This document shows, piece after piece, positions 8,904 to 18,211 of a DNA stretch of 64,000 bases. The stretch lies in assembly GCA_004297205.1 (NCBI GenBank), contig SCUL01000002.1:252594-316593 (forward strand), given 5' to 3'. This DNA comes from Patescibacteria group bacterium (lineage in GTDB: Bacteria > Patescibacteriota > Patescibacteriia > 2-12-FULL-57-11). How positions within the stretch are numbered: position 1 is the first letter of the stretch; each line of letters opens with the position of its first letter. Made by a program: the position numbers and the translations under genes. The notes under the pieces were generated by a model, which was not told where the DNA came from, did not search any database, and saw only the letters and a list, made by a program, of their open reading frames with translations.

Positions 8904-10073
8904 TCATGCTAGCACGGCATCGGCGATTTGGGAAGCCGCGTACCCGATTCCGTCGAGGGTGCCGAAGCGCTCCCGAAGCGCCGCATACCGCGCGTCAATC
9001 GCGGGCTGAAGCCGCTGCGCGGAAGCGATGGCCTCGGCCGGATCCGCACCCTGCCGCCAGATCGCGCCCAACTCCAAGGCCTCGACCGTCCGGTTGTTGT
9101 AGTAAATCTCAGGGAAGTCGTCCTCGAGGAACTCCGGACAGGCGAGCGGTTTCCGCGAAAGGTTCGCCAACCAGATCGTATTCCACGCCGCCCGCGCAAC
9201 CACCGACTGGATCGCCGGATGCGCGACGTATTTGGGATGGAGACGCACCGCGTTCGGGATTTCCGGTATTTCCTGGTTGACGTAGAGCCGCCATCCCTGT
9301 GCCGCCACGTGGCGATACAAGCGTCCCAGGTGCGGAATGCCGGACACGAGCACGTACACGCCCGGAGCGAGCTCTCCCTCGGTCACCGGCGCGGGCGGAT
9401 GGAACAGCGGCGGGGTCCGCCGTTCTTCGGGACGAAACGGCGCGCCGTCGGGGATCCAGGAAAACACGCTGGGTTCCGGCTGAAAGTAGATGTCCTGTCC
9501 GTCCTCCGCAGTGCGGGCGTTGTCCGCTGCTGCCGCGAGCAGGTCCGCGTCATAACGGCGGAATTGCGACTCGTCCAGGCTCTGGCGGAGAATGCGCTCC
9601 AGGTAGCCGATCGACGTGTAGAACGAGCGGATCCTCCCCATGCGGACGTTGGGATTGCGGCTGACGGAAAGGAAGAGTTCGTCCGGCGCAACCGTCACGG
9701 AAACGCCGTCGAGCGTGATCCCCGCAATGCGCTCGGCAAGATGGGCATCCACGGCGCGCTGGATCTCCGGGTACCGGCGCGCCAGCCGCTCAAGGGTGAT
9801 CGTGAAATCGCGACCGTCGTACAGCAGCGCGTCGAGGAGTTTTCCCAGCGCGGCATCCAGAACGAACAATCCGGGGTCCTTCTCCAATTCCGCCGAAAAA
9901 TCTTCCCGGAGCAGCCGCGGCAGCCGGTCGCCATAGACATGCGGAACGAGTATCCGGTACGTGACGTCCGGTTGAACGGCCGTGAGCCGTTCGCGGACGG
10001 CCAGCGCCAGGTCCACCGCGCGCAGCAACGGTCCGTTGCCGCAGCCGAAATTGACGACCAGATACCTGATCAT
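8904..10073 (-). CDS. Hypothetical protein with probable GT-B fold (GT28/PseG-like)
   Basis: N-terminal FGCGNGPLLR..LA and C-terminal VARAAWNT...E..N...LG...G; lies between neuA and neuB. Confidence 0.5.
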   Translation of the reverse strand: MIRYLVVNFGCGNGPLLRAVDLALAVRERLTAVQPDVTYRILVPHVYGDRLPRLLREDFSAELEKDPGLFVLDAALGKLLDALLYDGRDFTITLERLARRYPEIQRAVDAHLAERIAGITLDGVSVTVAPDELFLSVSRNPNVRMGRIRSFYTSIGYLERILRQSLDESQFRRYDADLLAAAADNARTAEDGQDIYFQPEPSVFSWIPDGAPFRPEERRTPPLFHPPAPVTEGELAPGVYVLVSGIPHLGRLYRHVAAQGWRLYVNQEIPEIPNAVRLHPKYVAHPAIQSVVARAAWNTIWLANLSRKPLACPEFLEDDFPEIYYNNRTVEALELGAIWRQGADPAEAIASAQRLQPAIDARYAALRERFGTLDGIGYAASQIADAVLA

Positions 10074-10816
10074 GGCGTCATCCCCAGACGCTGCGCCATG
10101 GCGATGCGCGCCATTTCGAAATCGATCGCGCTGTCGATGTCGATGGCGTTGTCGGCGTCGACGATCATGCCCACGATGTTCTTCCCGCAGGTGGAATGCA
10201 GTTCAAGCACGGTGCGCGGGCGGATGACGGACAGGTACCCCAACGATGCGTACGCCTTGGGCAACGCCTGGCGCGGCGCGTTGTACGGCTCCGGGATGCC
10301 GTACACCGATTCCGGGATGAACGGCTGCAGCATGCCGCCGTCGGCGTCCAGGCGGTACGTCTTCATCGGGTGGTGCGGCGCTTTGGCTACGCAGCGCAGC
10401 GAATCGGCTTCCGGATGGGCCTGCAGCAGGGCGACGGCCCGCTCGATGTCGGCGGAGACGCGCAGCGGGCTGGTGGGCCGCAAGTGCACCAGCAGGTCCG
10501 GCATCTTTCCCTCGTTGTCCCGGAACCACGTCAGGGCGTGCTCCAGCACGGGCAAGTCGGGCGTCAGGTCCTGGGCGAATTCCGCGGGACGCAGGAAGGG
10601 CGTTTCCGCGCCGAACTCCCGCGCCACGGCGGCGATCTCTTCGCTGTCCGTGGAGCACACCAGCCGGTCGATCGACGGCGCGCTCTTGGCCGCCTCGATC
10701 GTCCAGGCGATCAGCGGTTTGCCGCAGAGATCCTTGATGTTCTTTTTGGGGACCGATTTTGAACCGCCCCGGGCGGTGATGAGGCCGTACACGAGCGGTT
10801 TCGCGGGCGAGGTCAT
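10070..10816 (-). CDS. neuA: Acylneuraminate cytidylyltransferase (CMP-ulosonate synthetase)
   Basis: ARGGSKSVPKKN, CSTD, PFLRP, LRPTSPLR, DID..IDF motifs. Confidence 0.9.
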   Translation of the reverse strand: MTSPAKPLVYGLITARGGSKSVPKKNIKDLCGKPLIAWTIEAAKSAPSIDRLVCSTDSEEIAAVAREFGAETPFLRPAEFAQDLTPDLPVLEHALTWFRDNEGKMPDLLVHLRPTSPLRVSADIERAVALLQAHPEADSLRCVAKAPHHPMKTYRLDADGGMLQPFIPESVYGIPEPYNAPRQALPKAYASLGYLSVIRPRTVLELHSTCGKNIVGMIVDADNAIDIDSAIDFEMARIAMAQRLGMTP

Positions 10817-11766
10817 AGTGCGTTCTTCTTGCAGTGATCAATCACTTTTTGCGCAATGAACACCTGTGTCTTCTCAAGCGACTCGGCGGTCGTTCCCGCG
10901 ATGTGCGGCGTGATCAGCACGTGGTCGTGGTCGCGGGCGTACGCCACGAGCGGGCTGGTGCCCGCGCCGCTCCCCTCTTCCGCCGCCAGCACGTCGAGCG
11001 CCGCGCCGGCGACGGCGCCGGAGGCGAGCGCCTCCACCAGCGCCGCCTCGTCGATCACCCGTCCGCGCGCGGTGTTGACGACGATGGCGCCGGACTTGAG
11101 GCGTGCGATTCGCTCCCGTGACAGCAGGCCGACCGTGTCGTCCGCGAGCGGGACGTGCATGGAGACGACGTCTGACGCCGCGAGCAGCGCGTCGAAAGCG
11201 ACCGGCTCCGCGCCGCGCACGGTGATGTCCTCCGCGCTCAGGTGCGGGTCGTACGCCAGACAGCGCATGCCGAAGCCCCGGGCGATCCCCGCGACCGCCG
11301 TCCCGACGCGCCCGATCCCGACGATGCCGAGCGTCTTCCCCGACAGCTCGCGTCCCTGGAACGGGTCCTGTTCCCAGCGCCCGGCGTGCACCGCGGCCGC
11401 GGCGGCAGGGATGCGGCGCAGGAGGGCGAGCAGCAAGGCAAACGTGTGCTCGGGCGTGGCGCGCACCGTGCGCAGGAACGCGACTTCACCGCGCAAGCTG
11501 AGCACGGCGACGCCGCGGCGACCCGCCTCGGCGACGTCGATGTGGTCGAGGCCGGTCGTCGACGTGGCGACGACCTTCAGACGCGGCGCGGCGTCGAACA
11601 CGTCCCGCGTCACGCGGTGCGCGAGACGCACCACGAGGACGTCGGCGTCCGCCACGAGCGCGCGGATGTCGGCCGTACGCTCCGGGACGTACGCCACCTC
11701 CCCGAGCGTCCGCAGCAGGGCAAGCGCGGCCTGGCTGTATCCTGGTTCTGCCACGAGAATCCGCAT
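10813..11766 (-). CDS. D-isomer-specific 2-hydroxyacid dehydrogenase (SerA-like)
   Basis: TGLDHID, GIVGIGRVG, VNTARG, ALDV, TPHIAG motifs; start at ATG 11766. Confidence 0.88.
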   Translation of the reverse strand: MRILVAEPGYSQAALALLRTLGEVAYVPERTADIRALVADADVLVVRLAHRVTRDVFDAAPRLKVVATSTTGLDHIDVAEAGRRGVAVLSLRGEVAFLRTVRATPEHTFALLLALLRRIPAAAAAVHAGRWEQDPFQGRELSGKTLGIVGIGRVGTAVAGIARGFGMRCLAYDPHLSAEDITVRGAEPVAFDALLAASDVVSMHVPLADDTVGLLSRERIARLKSGAIVVNTARGRVIDEAALVEALASGAVAGAALDVLAAEEGSGAGTSPLVAYARDHDHVLITPHIAGTTAESLEKTQVFIAQKVIDHCKKNAL

Positions 11767-11767
11767 A

Positions 11768-13498
11768 TCACCCCCGGTCCGTTCCCAGAGCGTCGTACCG
11801 CATCCCGCGGGATCGGACGGCGTCCGGATGGTGCATGTTCCAGCCGTCGAAAAAATACGACGCGCCGCCGCTCGCCGCCAGCGCGCCGAAGTCCAGCGTC
11901 TCGTACCGCGGATGGTTCGTGAGCTGAAGGACGGCGTCGGATCCGGCAAACACGTCTTCGACTGCCGCGGGGCGGAATCCGGCGGCGGTGATCTCTTCCT
12001 GCGGCACCACGGGGTCATGGGCGACGATGTCCGCGCGGACGCCCCGCGCCCGCAGCGCGGTCGCGACGTCGAGCGTCACCGAACCGCGCACGTCGGATGT
12101 TTCCGGCATGCCTTTGAAGGCGACCCCCAACACGCCCACGCGCAGCTTCTCCGGCGCGATGCCCTTGTCCGCGGCAAACGCCAGGACTTTTTCGGCGACG
12201 CGTTCCGGCACCGCCCGGTTGAGGTCCCGCGCCGCGAGCGTGATGCGCGGATCGACGCCGGCGTTGCGCGCACTTTCCGCGAACAGGATGGGGTCCTTCC
12301 GCAGACAGATGCCGCCCACGCCGGGCGACGGCCGGGCGATGGGATTGCGCGGATACCCTTCGTTGGCCGCATCGATCACCGCCGTGCTGGAGATGCCGAG
12401 ACGGTCGCACAGGAGGGCCACCTGGTTGGCAAAGGCGAAGACGTAATCGCGGTAGCTGTTGTTGACGAGCTTCACCATCTCCGCGGCTTCCAGGCCGGAC
12501 GTCGCCACGATCGTCGGCGCGACCGCGCGGAAGACGCGGGCGGCCAGGTCCAAACTCCGCGCGTCCCATCCGCCGATCACCTGCGGCAACGTGCGCAGCT
12601 CCTCCAGCGCGCGTCCCTCCACGGTCCGCTCCGGCGCGAAGGCGACGGAAAAGTCGCGACCCGCGGCGAGGCCGGACCGCTGCTCGAGTATCGGAATGAC
12701 GCGGCTGCGCGTCGTACCGACGGGGACCGTCGAACGGAGGATCACCAGGTCGCCCACGCGCAGCACGTCGCCGATCGCTTCCGCCGCGGCGGTCAGGTGT
12801 CCGTAGTCGACGACATGCGTCGCCTCGTCGATCGGCGTGCCGACGCTGACGATGTAAATGTCCGCGCGCCCGGGCGCGATGGCATGTTCGAGCGTCAACC
12901 GCGACCCGACGTGTTTCTTCAGCAATGCGGGCAGGTTTTTTTCATGAAAATGCGGCGTCCCCTTCCGCAAATGCGCCAGCACGTCCGGACGCCGCTCAAT
13001 GCCCACGACGTCGTAGCCGACCTCGGCCATGGTCACGGCGAGCGTCAGGCCCACGAAGCCCAGCCCCACGATGCAGACGGTGCGCGCGCCCACTTCGCTT
13101 TCCTTCCAGAGTTCGAACGACGACACCACGTCCACCGGCCGACGGTCGTCGTCCACGAGGACGATGCGGTCGATCCGCCGGGTTTTGGCACCGCGCGCCG
13201 CAAGCTGGTCGCCGACGCGCCGCAGGACGTCCACGGACGCGAGGCCCGCCGGGACGGTGATCGGGTTCCTGTTGACGATCGTTTCGACCGGGAGCGACAA
13301 GTCATGGGACCGCAGGACCGCGCGCCGGACGTCGCCGTCAGTCACGATGCCCACAAGACGCTGCTCCCCGTCGACGACGAGGACGATGCCGGAAGGGGCG
13401 GCTTCCGGCGTCACTTTGGGCGCGGCGTTCATGATCTCCAAAACGGCACGGATGGGCACGTCCGGGGAAACCAGGATGGGGGTGAGGCGATGTCGCAT
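11768..13498 (-). CDS. Nucleotide-sugar dehydrogenase (UDP-Glc/GDP-Man DH family) with N-terminal CBS domain
   Basis: GIVTDGDVRR (CBS); VGLGFVG, VGTP, RSTVPVG, PER..EG, E..KL..N, GVGGICL.KD, AFKG..D.R; start at ATG 13498. Confidence 0.88.
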   Translation of the reverse strand: MRHRLTPILVSPDVPIRAVLEIMNAAPKVTPEAAPSGIVLVVDGEQRLVGIVTDGDVRRAVLRSHDLSLPVETIVNRNPITVPAGLASVDVLRRVGDQLAARGAKTRRIDRIVLVDDDRRPVDVVSSFELWKESEVGARTVCIVGLGFVGLTLAVTMAEVGYDVVGIERRPDVLAHLRKGTPHFHEKNLPALLKKHVGSRLTLEHAIAPGRADIYIVSVGTPIDEATHVVDYGHLTAAAEAIGDVLRVGDLVILRSTVPVGTTRSRVIPILEQRSGLAAGRDFSVAFAPERTVEGRALEELRTLPQVIGGWDARSLDLAARVFRAVAPTIVATSGLEAAEMVKLVNNSYRDYVFAFANQVALLCDRLGISSTAVIDAANEGYPRNPIARPSPGVGGICLRKDPILFAESARNAGVDPRITLAARDLNRAVPERVAEKVLAFAADKGIAPEKLRVGVLGVAFKGMPETSDVRGSVTLDVATALRARGVRADIVAHDPVVPQEEITAAGFRPAAVEDVFAGSDAVLQLTNHPRYETLDFGALAASGGASYFFDGWNMHHPDAVRSRGMRYDALGTDRG

Positions 13499-13545
13499 GG
13501 GGGAGGGGGGGAAGTCCGTCAGTATGGGACCTCCGGCGCCATCGG

Positions 13546-14934
13546 TCAAGCCGGCGCGCCGGGACGCGCCATCGCGAGAATGGCCGCGGCGACGCGCTCG
13601 GCGGACCGTCCGTCGAGCGGGCCGCACATCCGCTCGCGCAGACGGGCCCGGCCGGCGGCATCCGCGGCGGGGTGCGCGATGGCATCCGCGATTTCCCGCT
13701 TCAGTTCCTCGTCGCTGTGCGCCATGCGCACGCCGCCGGACTTCAGCACGTCCTGGTAAAAATCGACCCCGTAGATCCAGCGCGTGACGTCCCTCCCCTT
13801 CTTGTCCACCGTGACGCCGTAGAGGATGTTGATGCACGGCCGATCAAGCACCGCCGCGTCGAGCGAGAGCGTCGAGCGGACGCACAGCACCGCCGCGGCG
13901 TGGCGGACGACGTTCATGAACCGCACGACCTCCTCGGGCGACGGATCCCAGCGGTCTTGGAAGTAGTCGCGCAAACGGTGCTGGTCGTCGATGACGACGC
14001 CGGGAACGCCCCGCACCGATTCGTACAACTTCTTGTCGACGTCGATGAAATACGGACGCACCACGAGGGACAGCGGCCCGAGCGATGCTTCGCGCACCCA
14101 CTGCGCAAGCCGCTCCACCAGCGCCGGATCGCCGGCGGACCAGGGTCCCTCCGCGCCGTACACGATGTACGGTTTTGCGGGATCGACGCCGAGCGCGGCG
14201 CAGGTCCGCTCCCGCGTCCACGCGTTCTCCGGCCGGAGGTACGCGTCAAACACGGGAAAACCGGCGAGCGTGATGTCTTCCGGCGCGTAGCGGTGGTTGC
14301 GGATCGCCTGTTCCCGCATCGGCTCGTTCTGCGCGACCAGCCGGTCCGGATGCACCTGCATCGTGAGCTTGTCGAGCGTATCCCACCCCTTGGGCATGGC
14401 CACCGTCGGGACGCGGCGACGTTTGGCTTCCTTCACCAGCATGATGTCCTCCTTCGAAAAAATCGAAAGCTGCACGGCGACCTCCGGTCGGTACCGGTCG
14501 AAGTACGGCGCGAACACCCGGTCCGCAAAGAGGCGGAGCTCCAACCACTGCAGCGCCGGACGGATGAACAGCACGTGCGACAACGGGAAGTAGAACGCGA
14601 ACGTCAGCGCATAAAGCCAGGGCGGCATCGCGGTCGCCTTTCCGGTGCCGTAGCGCATGTGGATGCGGCGGGTGCGGTTGAACAGCGAATTGCGCACGAG
14701 CGGAACGAACAGCTTGCGCCGCAACTTGCTGTACCCGATGGGCGGCAACGGCTCGAACACGACCCGGGGATCCGGAAAATCCGCACGCAGGTCGGGAATC
14801 GCGCGGTCCGGGACGAACAGCACGACCCGCGCGTCCGGCCGGTCGAGCAGGCGGGCGAGTGGTCCCATCCGCAGAATGTTGCGGCAGACGAGTCCTTTGT
14901 TGACGACGGCGAAGATGGTGGTCATAGGTTCCAT
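13546..14934 (-). CDS. GT-B-type transferase (CDP-glycerol glycerophosphotransferase-like), paralog of 5753-7144
   Basis: KGWDTLDK, AGFPVFD, VRPY, STLSLDAA..DRP, DGRSAER motifs; start 14934 or 14925. Confidence 0.6.
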   Translation of the reverse strand: MEPMTTIFAVVNKGLVCRNILRMGPLARLLDRPDARVVLFVPDRAIPDLRADFPDPRVVFEPLPPIGYSKLRRKLFVPLVRNSLFNRTRRIHMRYGTGKATAMPPWLYALTFAFYFPLSHVLFIRPALQWLELRLFADRVFAPYFDRYRPEVAVQLSIFSKEDIMLVKEAKRRRVPTVAMPKGWDTLDKLTMQVHPDRLVAQNEPMREQAIRNHRYAPEDITLAGFPVFDAYLRPENAWTRERTCAALGVDPAKPYIVYGAEGPWSAGDPALVERLAQWVREASLGPLSLVVRPYFIDVDKKLYESVRGVPGVVIDDQHRLRDYFQDRWDPSPEEVVRFMNVVRHAAAVLCVRSTLSLDAAVLDRPCINILYGVTVDKKGRDVTRWIYGVDFYQDVLKSGGVRMAHSDEELKREIADAIAHPAADAAGRARLRERMCGPLDGRSAERVAAAILAMARPGAPA

Positions 14935-14941
14935 GCCGGGA

Positions 14942-14970
14942 AGTCTGTCACAAAAAAGAGGACGAAACAA
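14942..14970 (-). promoter_or_regulatory. Candidate internal sigma70 promoter (near-leaderless)
   Basis: Minus strand TTGTTT-17bp-CAGACT with extended TG, 7 nt upstream of ATG 14934. Confidence 0.35.
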
Positions 14971-14979
14971 CCCGGGACC

Positions 14980-16353
14980 TCACCCCGGGGCGGGTCCGCG
15001 CCGAAGGCCGCGCAACCGGGAGCGGGCCGCCTCAACGATGCGCGCAACGGCCCGCCGGTCGAAGTCATCTACGGTCGCCAGGTCACGGAGCACGAAACTG
15101 CGGACACCCAACCGCCGCAACCGCCATTCGCGCACGACGATCATCGCCGCCGTGCTCGCCTGATGGACGAGCAACGCGCCGGCGGCGCCGAGCGCTTTGG
15201 AAAACGCCGGCAGCGCGGCCAACACGGCTGCCGTATTCACCGCGGAAACGGCCAGAAGGAACCGTTGCTGGCCGTGGGCATAGAGGAGCGGCGCATGGCT
15301 CATGGACAGCGCGTCCAGGAACAGCGACGGCAGGACGAGGTAAAACACCGGCACCGCGGACGCGTACTTGGGGAAGAAAAGCGCGACCGCCCACGGCATC
15401 GTGACGGCGGCCAACAAAACCACCGCGGCATAGAACCAGATGCCATACTTCGACATGCGCTGGGCGACGAAGGCACTCCCCCGCGTTTCAGAAGACATGC
15501 GGGCGAGCACCGGGAACAAGATCTGCCGGAACGGCAGCATCTGGCTGATCACGGATTTCACCGTGACCGCCAGGCTGTACACGGCCACGGCCTGCAATCC
15601 GGCGACGAGGCCGAGCAACCAGACGTCGACGCCGGAAAACAGTTGGTCGACGCCGCCGCGCGCCATTTCCCACTTGCCGCCACCGCGCATGAGCTTCCAC
15701 ACCTGCGCCGCCGCGGACCGCATGCCGTTGCCGGGGCTCAGGAACGCGCCCACGCCCGGCACGAGCAGGACGACACCCGCCCCCTTCGCGATGACGTAGG
15801 ACCAAAGCACCGTGGCAACGGAAAGCTGGCCCATGAAAACAAACGCGCCGACGACCGCCAACCGCACCGCCGACTCCGCAATCGTCGATGTGGCCAGCAC
15901 CGGGAAGCGCTCCTGGAGCTGGACACCGTGGTTGCCGATGACGGACAGGATGGTCATGGCGACCCAGCACTGCAACGGCAGGATGAACCCGCGCACCACC
16001 GGCTCGTACGTCGGGCCGAGCACTCCGGGAAGCAGACCCATGGCGACGATGGCAAGCGCCGCCATGAGGATGCGCTGCAAAGCGAATCCCCGCATCAGGT
16101 CCGCCGCGGCGGCGGCATGGTGTTCGCCCCGGAGCCGGGCGGCGGTGGCCAACACGACGTCATCCAACGCCAGGCCGGACAGGGTCAAGACGGGTCCGGA
16201 CACGCTGAGCGCCAAGGCCAGGACGCCGTAATCCTGCACCGAAAGACCCGCGGTGATCAGCAGGACCGAAACGAAGGAAAAGCCCCGGGTCGCCATGCGG
16301 GCGCCGCTGATCGTGAGCGACCCGAGCGCGAGCGTGCGGAAAAGGCGCGCCAT
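14980..16353 (-). CDS. Oligosaccharide flippase (Wzx/MOP family)
   Basis: Many TM helices, LSVQDYG..AL, VAVYSLA and P.LARMS patterns; lies in a glycan cluster. Confidence 0.75.
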   Translation of the reverse strand: MARLFRTLALGSLTISGARMATRGFSFVSVLLITAGLSVQDYGVLALALSVSGPVLTLSGLALDDVVLATAARLRGEHHAAAAADLMRGFALQRILMAALAIVAMGLLPGVLGPTYEPVVRGFILPLQCWVAMTILSVIGNHGVQLQERFPVLATSTIAESAVRLAVVGAFVFMGQLSVATVLWSYVIAKGAGVVLLVPGVGAFLSPGNGMRSAAAQVWKLMRGGGKWEMARGGVDQLFSGVDVWLLGLVAGLQAVAVYSLAVTVKSVISQMLPFRQILFPVLARMSSETRGSAFVAQRMSKYGIWFYAAVVLLAAVTMPWAVALFFPKYASAVPVFYLVLPSLFLDALSMSHAPLLYAHGQQRFLLAVSAVNTAAVLAALPAFSKALGAAGALLVHQASTAAMIVVREWRLRRLGVRSFVLRDLATVDDFDRRAVARIVEAARSRLRGLRRGPAPG

Positions 16354-16355
16354 AG

Positions 16356-17489
16356 TCAGGGAAGAGCGGCAAGAATCCGCTCGGCGCGGGCACGCCAGGT
16401 GCGACCGGCGACGAGCGCGGCTCCGGCAGCCACGCGCGCGTCGTCCCCCACCGCGGCGGCGATGCCCGCGGCCAGTGCCGCCGGATCGTCCGGCGGCACG
16501 AACCGCACCTCGCGCTCCGAAACGGCCTCCCGAATGCTCGGCAGGTCGGAGGACACGACCGGACGGCGTGCGGCGAGGTACTCCAGAAGCTTGATCGGCG
16601 ACGTGGTGTGCAAAGAGTTCCAGTCCTTTCCGGAGTTCGGCAACACGAGGACGTCGGCTGCGGCAAGATAGCGCATGGCCTCCGCGTGCGGCAGATGCGG
16701 CACGAGCACCACCTGGTCAAGTCCGCGCTCCGCGAGGAATCGGGTAAACGTCTCCCGGTCTTCCGGCGTGCCTCCGATCATGAGCACACGGAAACCCGGC
16801 GGCAACAGCGCGCTTGCTTCGGCCAGCACGTGCACGCCCTTCCATGCGTACAAATGTCCCGTGTACACGGCCAGATGCTCCTGCGGGGAAAGCTGCAGCG
16901 CGCGGCGCGCCTCGTCACGCGTCGGCAATGAGGCGTACGATTCCGGATCAACGGCATTCGGCGCGACGAGCACCGGGCGGCGCAACAGGCCCTTCCACGC
17001 GGCGCTGAGTCGTTCGGCATTCCAACGCGTGGTCGATACGACGAGATCGGCGGCACGCGCCACGGCACGGTGACGCGCGGCAAACCGCGGGGATACGTCA
17101 TGCGCCTCGAAGACGACCGCTCGTCCGCGGCCGGCAAGCGCGGGGGCGAGAAACTGATCGCGCGTGATCAGGATGGCGTCGTGCACGTCTTTTTCGGTGA
17201 GCCGCCGGCGCGCGGCGCGTCGGAATGACCAGACCGTCAGGGCGAAGGCGACGCGTCGCGGAATCCACCGCACGGCAAGGGCGTCAAACACCGGGAGACG
17301 CTCCACGGCGAACCGGGACCGAAGGCCGTAGTAGGCGAAGGCGTCCTGCCGAATCGACGTCGCCCGGTCGGGCACGACGAGGCGGACGTCGTGGCCGAGC
17401 GCCGCGTACGCCTCGCACATGTTGGCGATCTGCCAACCGTGCGCCTTCTCCGTGGGAAAGCGTACCGTGGTGACGTAGACGATCGTCAT
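16356..17489 (-). CDS. Glycosyltransferase family 4
   Basis: RFPTEKAHG, PNAVD, YTGHLY.WKG, SPIKLLEYLAA; ATG 17489 overlaps the upstream TGA. Confidence 0.88.
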   Translation of the reverse strand: MTIVYVTTVRFPTEKAHGWQIANMCEAYAALGHDVRLVVPDRATSIRQDAFAYYGLRSRFAVERLPVFDALAVRWIPRRVAFALTVWSFRRAARRRLTEKDVHDAILITRDQFLAPALAGRGRAVVFEAHDVSPRFAARHRAVARAADLVVSTTRWNAERLSAAWKGLLRRPVLVAPNAVDPESYASLPTRDEARRALQLSPQEHLAVYTGHLYAWKGVHVLAEASALLPPGFRVLMIGGTPEDRETFTRFLAERGLDQVVLVPHLPHAEAMRYLAAADVLVLPNSGKDWNSLHTTSPIKLLEYLAARRPVVSSDLPSIREAVSEREVRFVPPDDPAALAAGIAAAVGDDARVAAGAALVAGRTWRARAERILAALP

Positions 17490-18211
17490 GCGGGTTTTTC
17501 GTACGCCGCCATCACCGTCTGTCCCAGCAGCTGGACGCCGGGCAGCGACGCCACGCGCCGGTCGAACGCATGGATGAGGTTGTTGGAAAACCAGAACCGC
17601 GGCATGCCGTAGAGGTGCAACGGCGGGAACATCGTGGTCGCGCGGCTCACGACGAATCGGAAGCCGGCCCGCTCGACGATGCGCCGCCACTCCCGGACCG
17701 GCAACTCCCGTTGATGCTCGTCCGGATGCCAGCGGCCGGCATGGGCGTGCGGCGGCCGGCGGGTGAAGAACCGCGAAAGGGCCGCGACCGCATCCACGAA
17801 CCGGTCGTGCATGGCCGGGAAGGTGATGAGCAACCGACCGCCGGGCGCGACCGCGCGGAACAGTTCGCGCACGAACACGTCGGGGTGTTCGACATGCTCG
17901 ATGATGTCGATGGCCAATGCCGCGTCAAACGCGCCGTCCGGCACGGGAAGCCGCTCCACGTTCCCTTCACTCAGTTCGACGCCGGCAATCCGCATCGCAT
18001 CCATCAAACGGCGGGCGCGCGACAGCCGCTCCGCGTTCACGTCGATGCCGAGCATGCTCCTGAACGAACCGGCGTACACGAGGGCCTGCGGGCCGTCCCC
18101 GAATCCCGCGTTTAACACGCGGTCTTCCGGTCGCAGCGGAAAAAACTCCGGGTACACCCTGCTCGAGAGCAGCTTGCCGTGGAGGAAGGAAAACTCAGGA
18201 GGAAGCTCCAT
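17486..18211 (-). CDS. Class I SAM-dependent methyltransferase
   Basis: VLNAGFGDG, FD..LAIDIIEHV, RAVAPGG. Confidence 0.82.
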   Translation of the reverse strand: MELPPEFSFLHGKLLSSRVYPEFFPLRPEDRVLNAGFGDGPQALVYAGSFRSMLGIDVNAERLSRARRLMDAMRIAGVELSEGNVERLPVPDGAFDAALAIDIIEHVEHPDVFVRELFRAVAPGGRLLITFPAMHDRFVDAVAALSRFFTRRPPHAHAGRWHPDEHQRELPVREWRRIVERAGFRFVVSRATTMFPPLHLYGMPRFWFSNNLIHAFDRRVASLPGVQLLGQTVMAAYEKPA

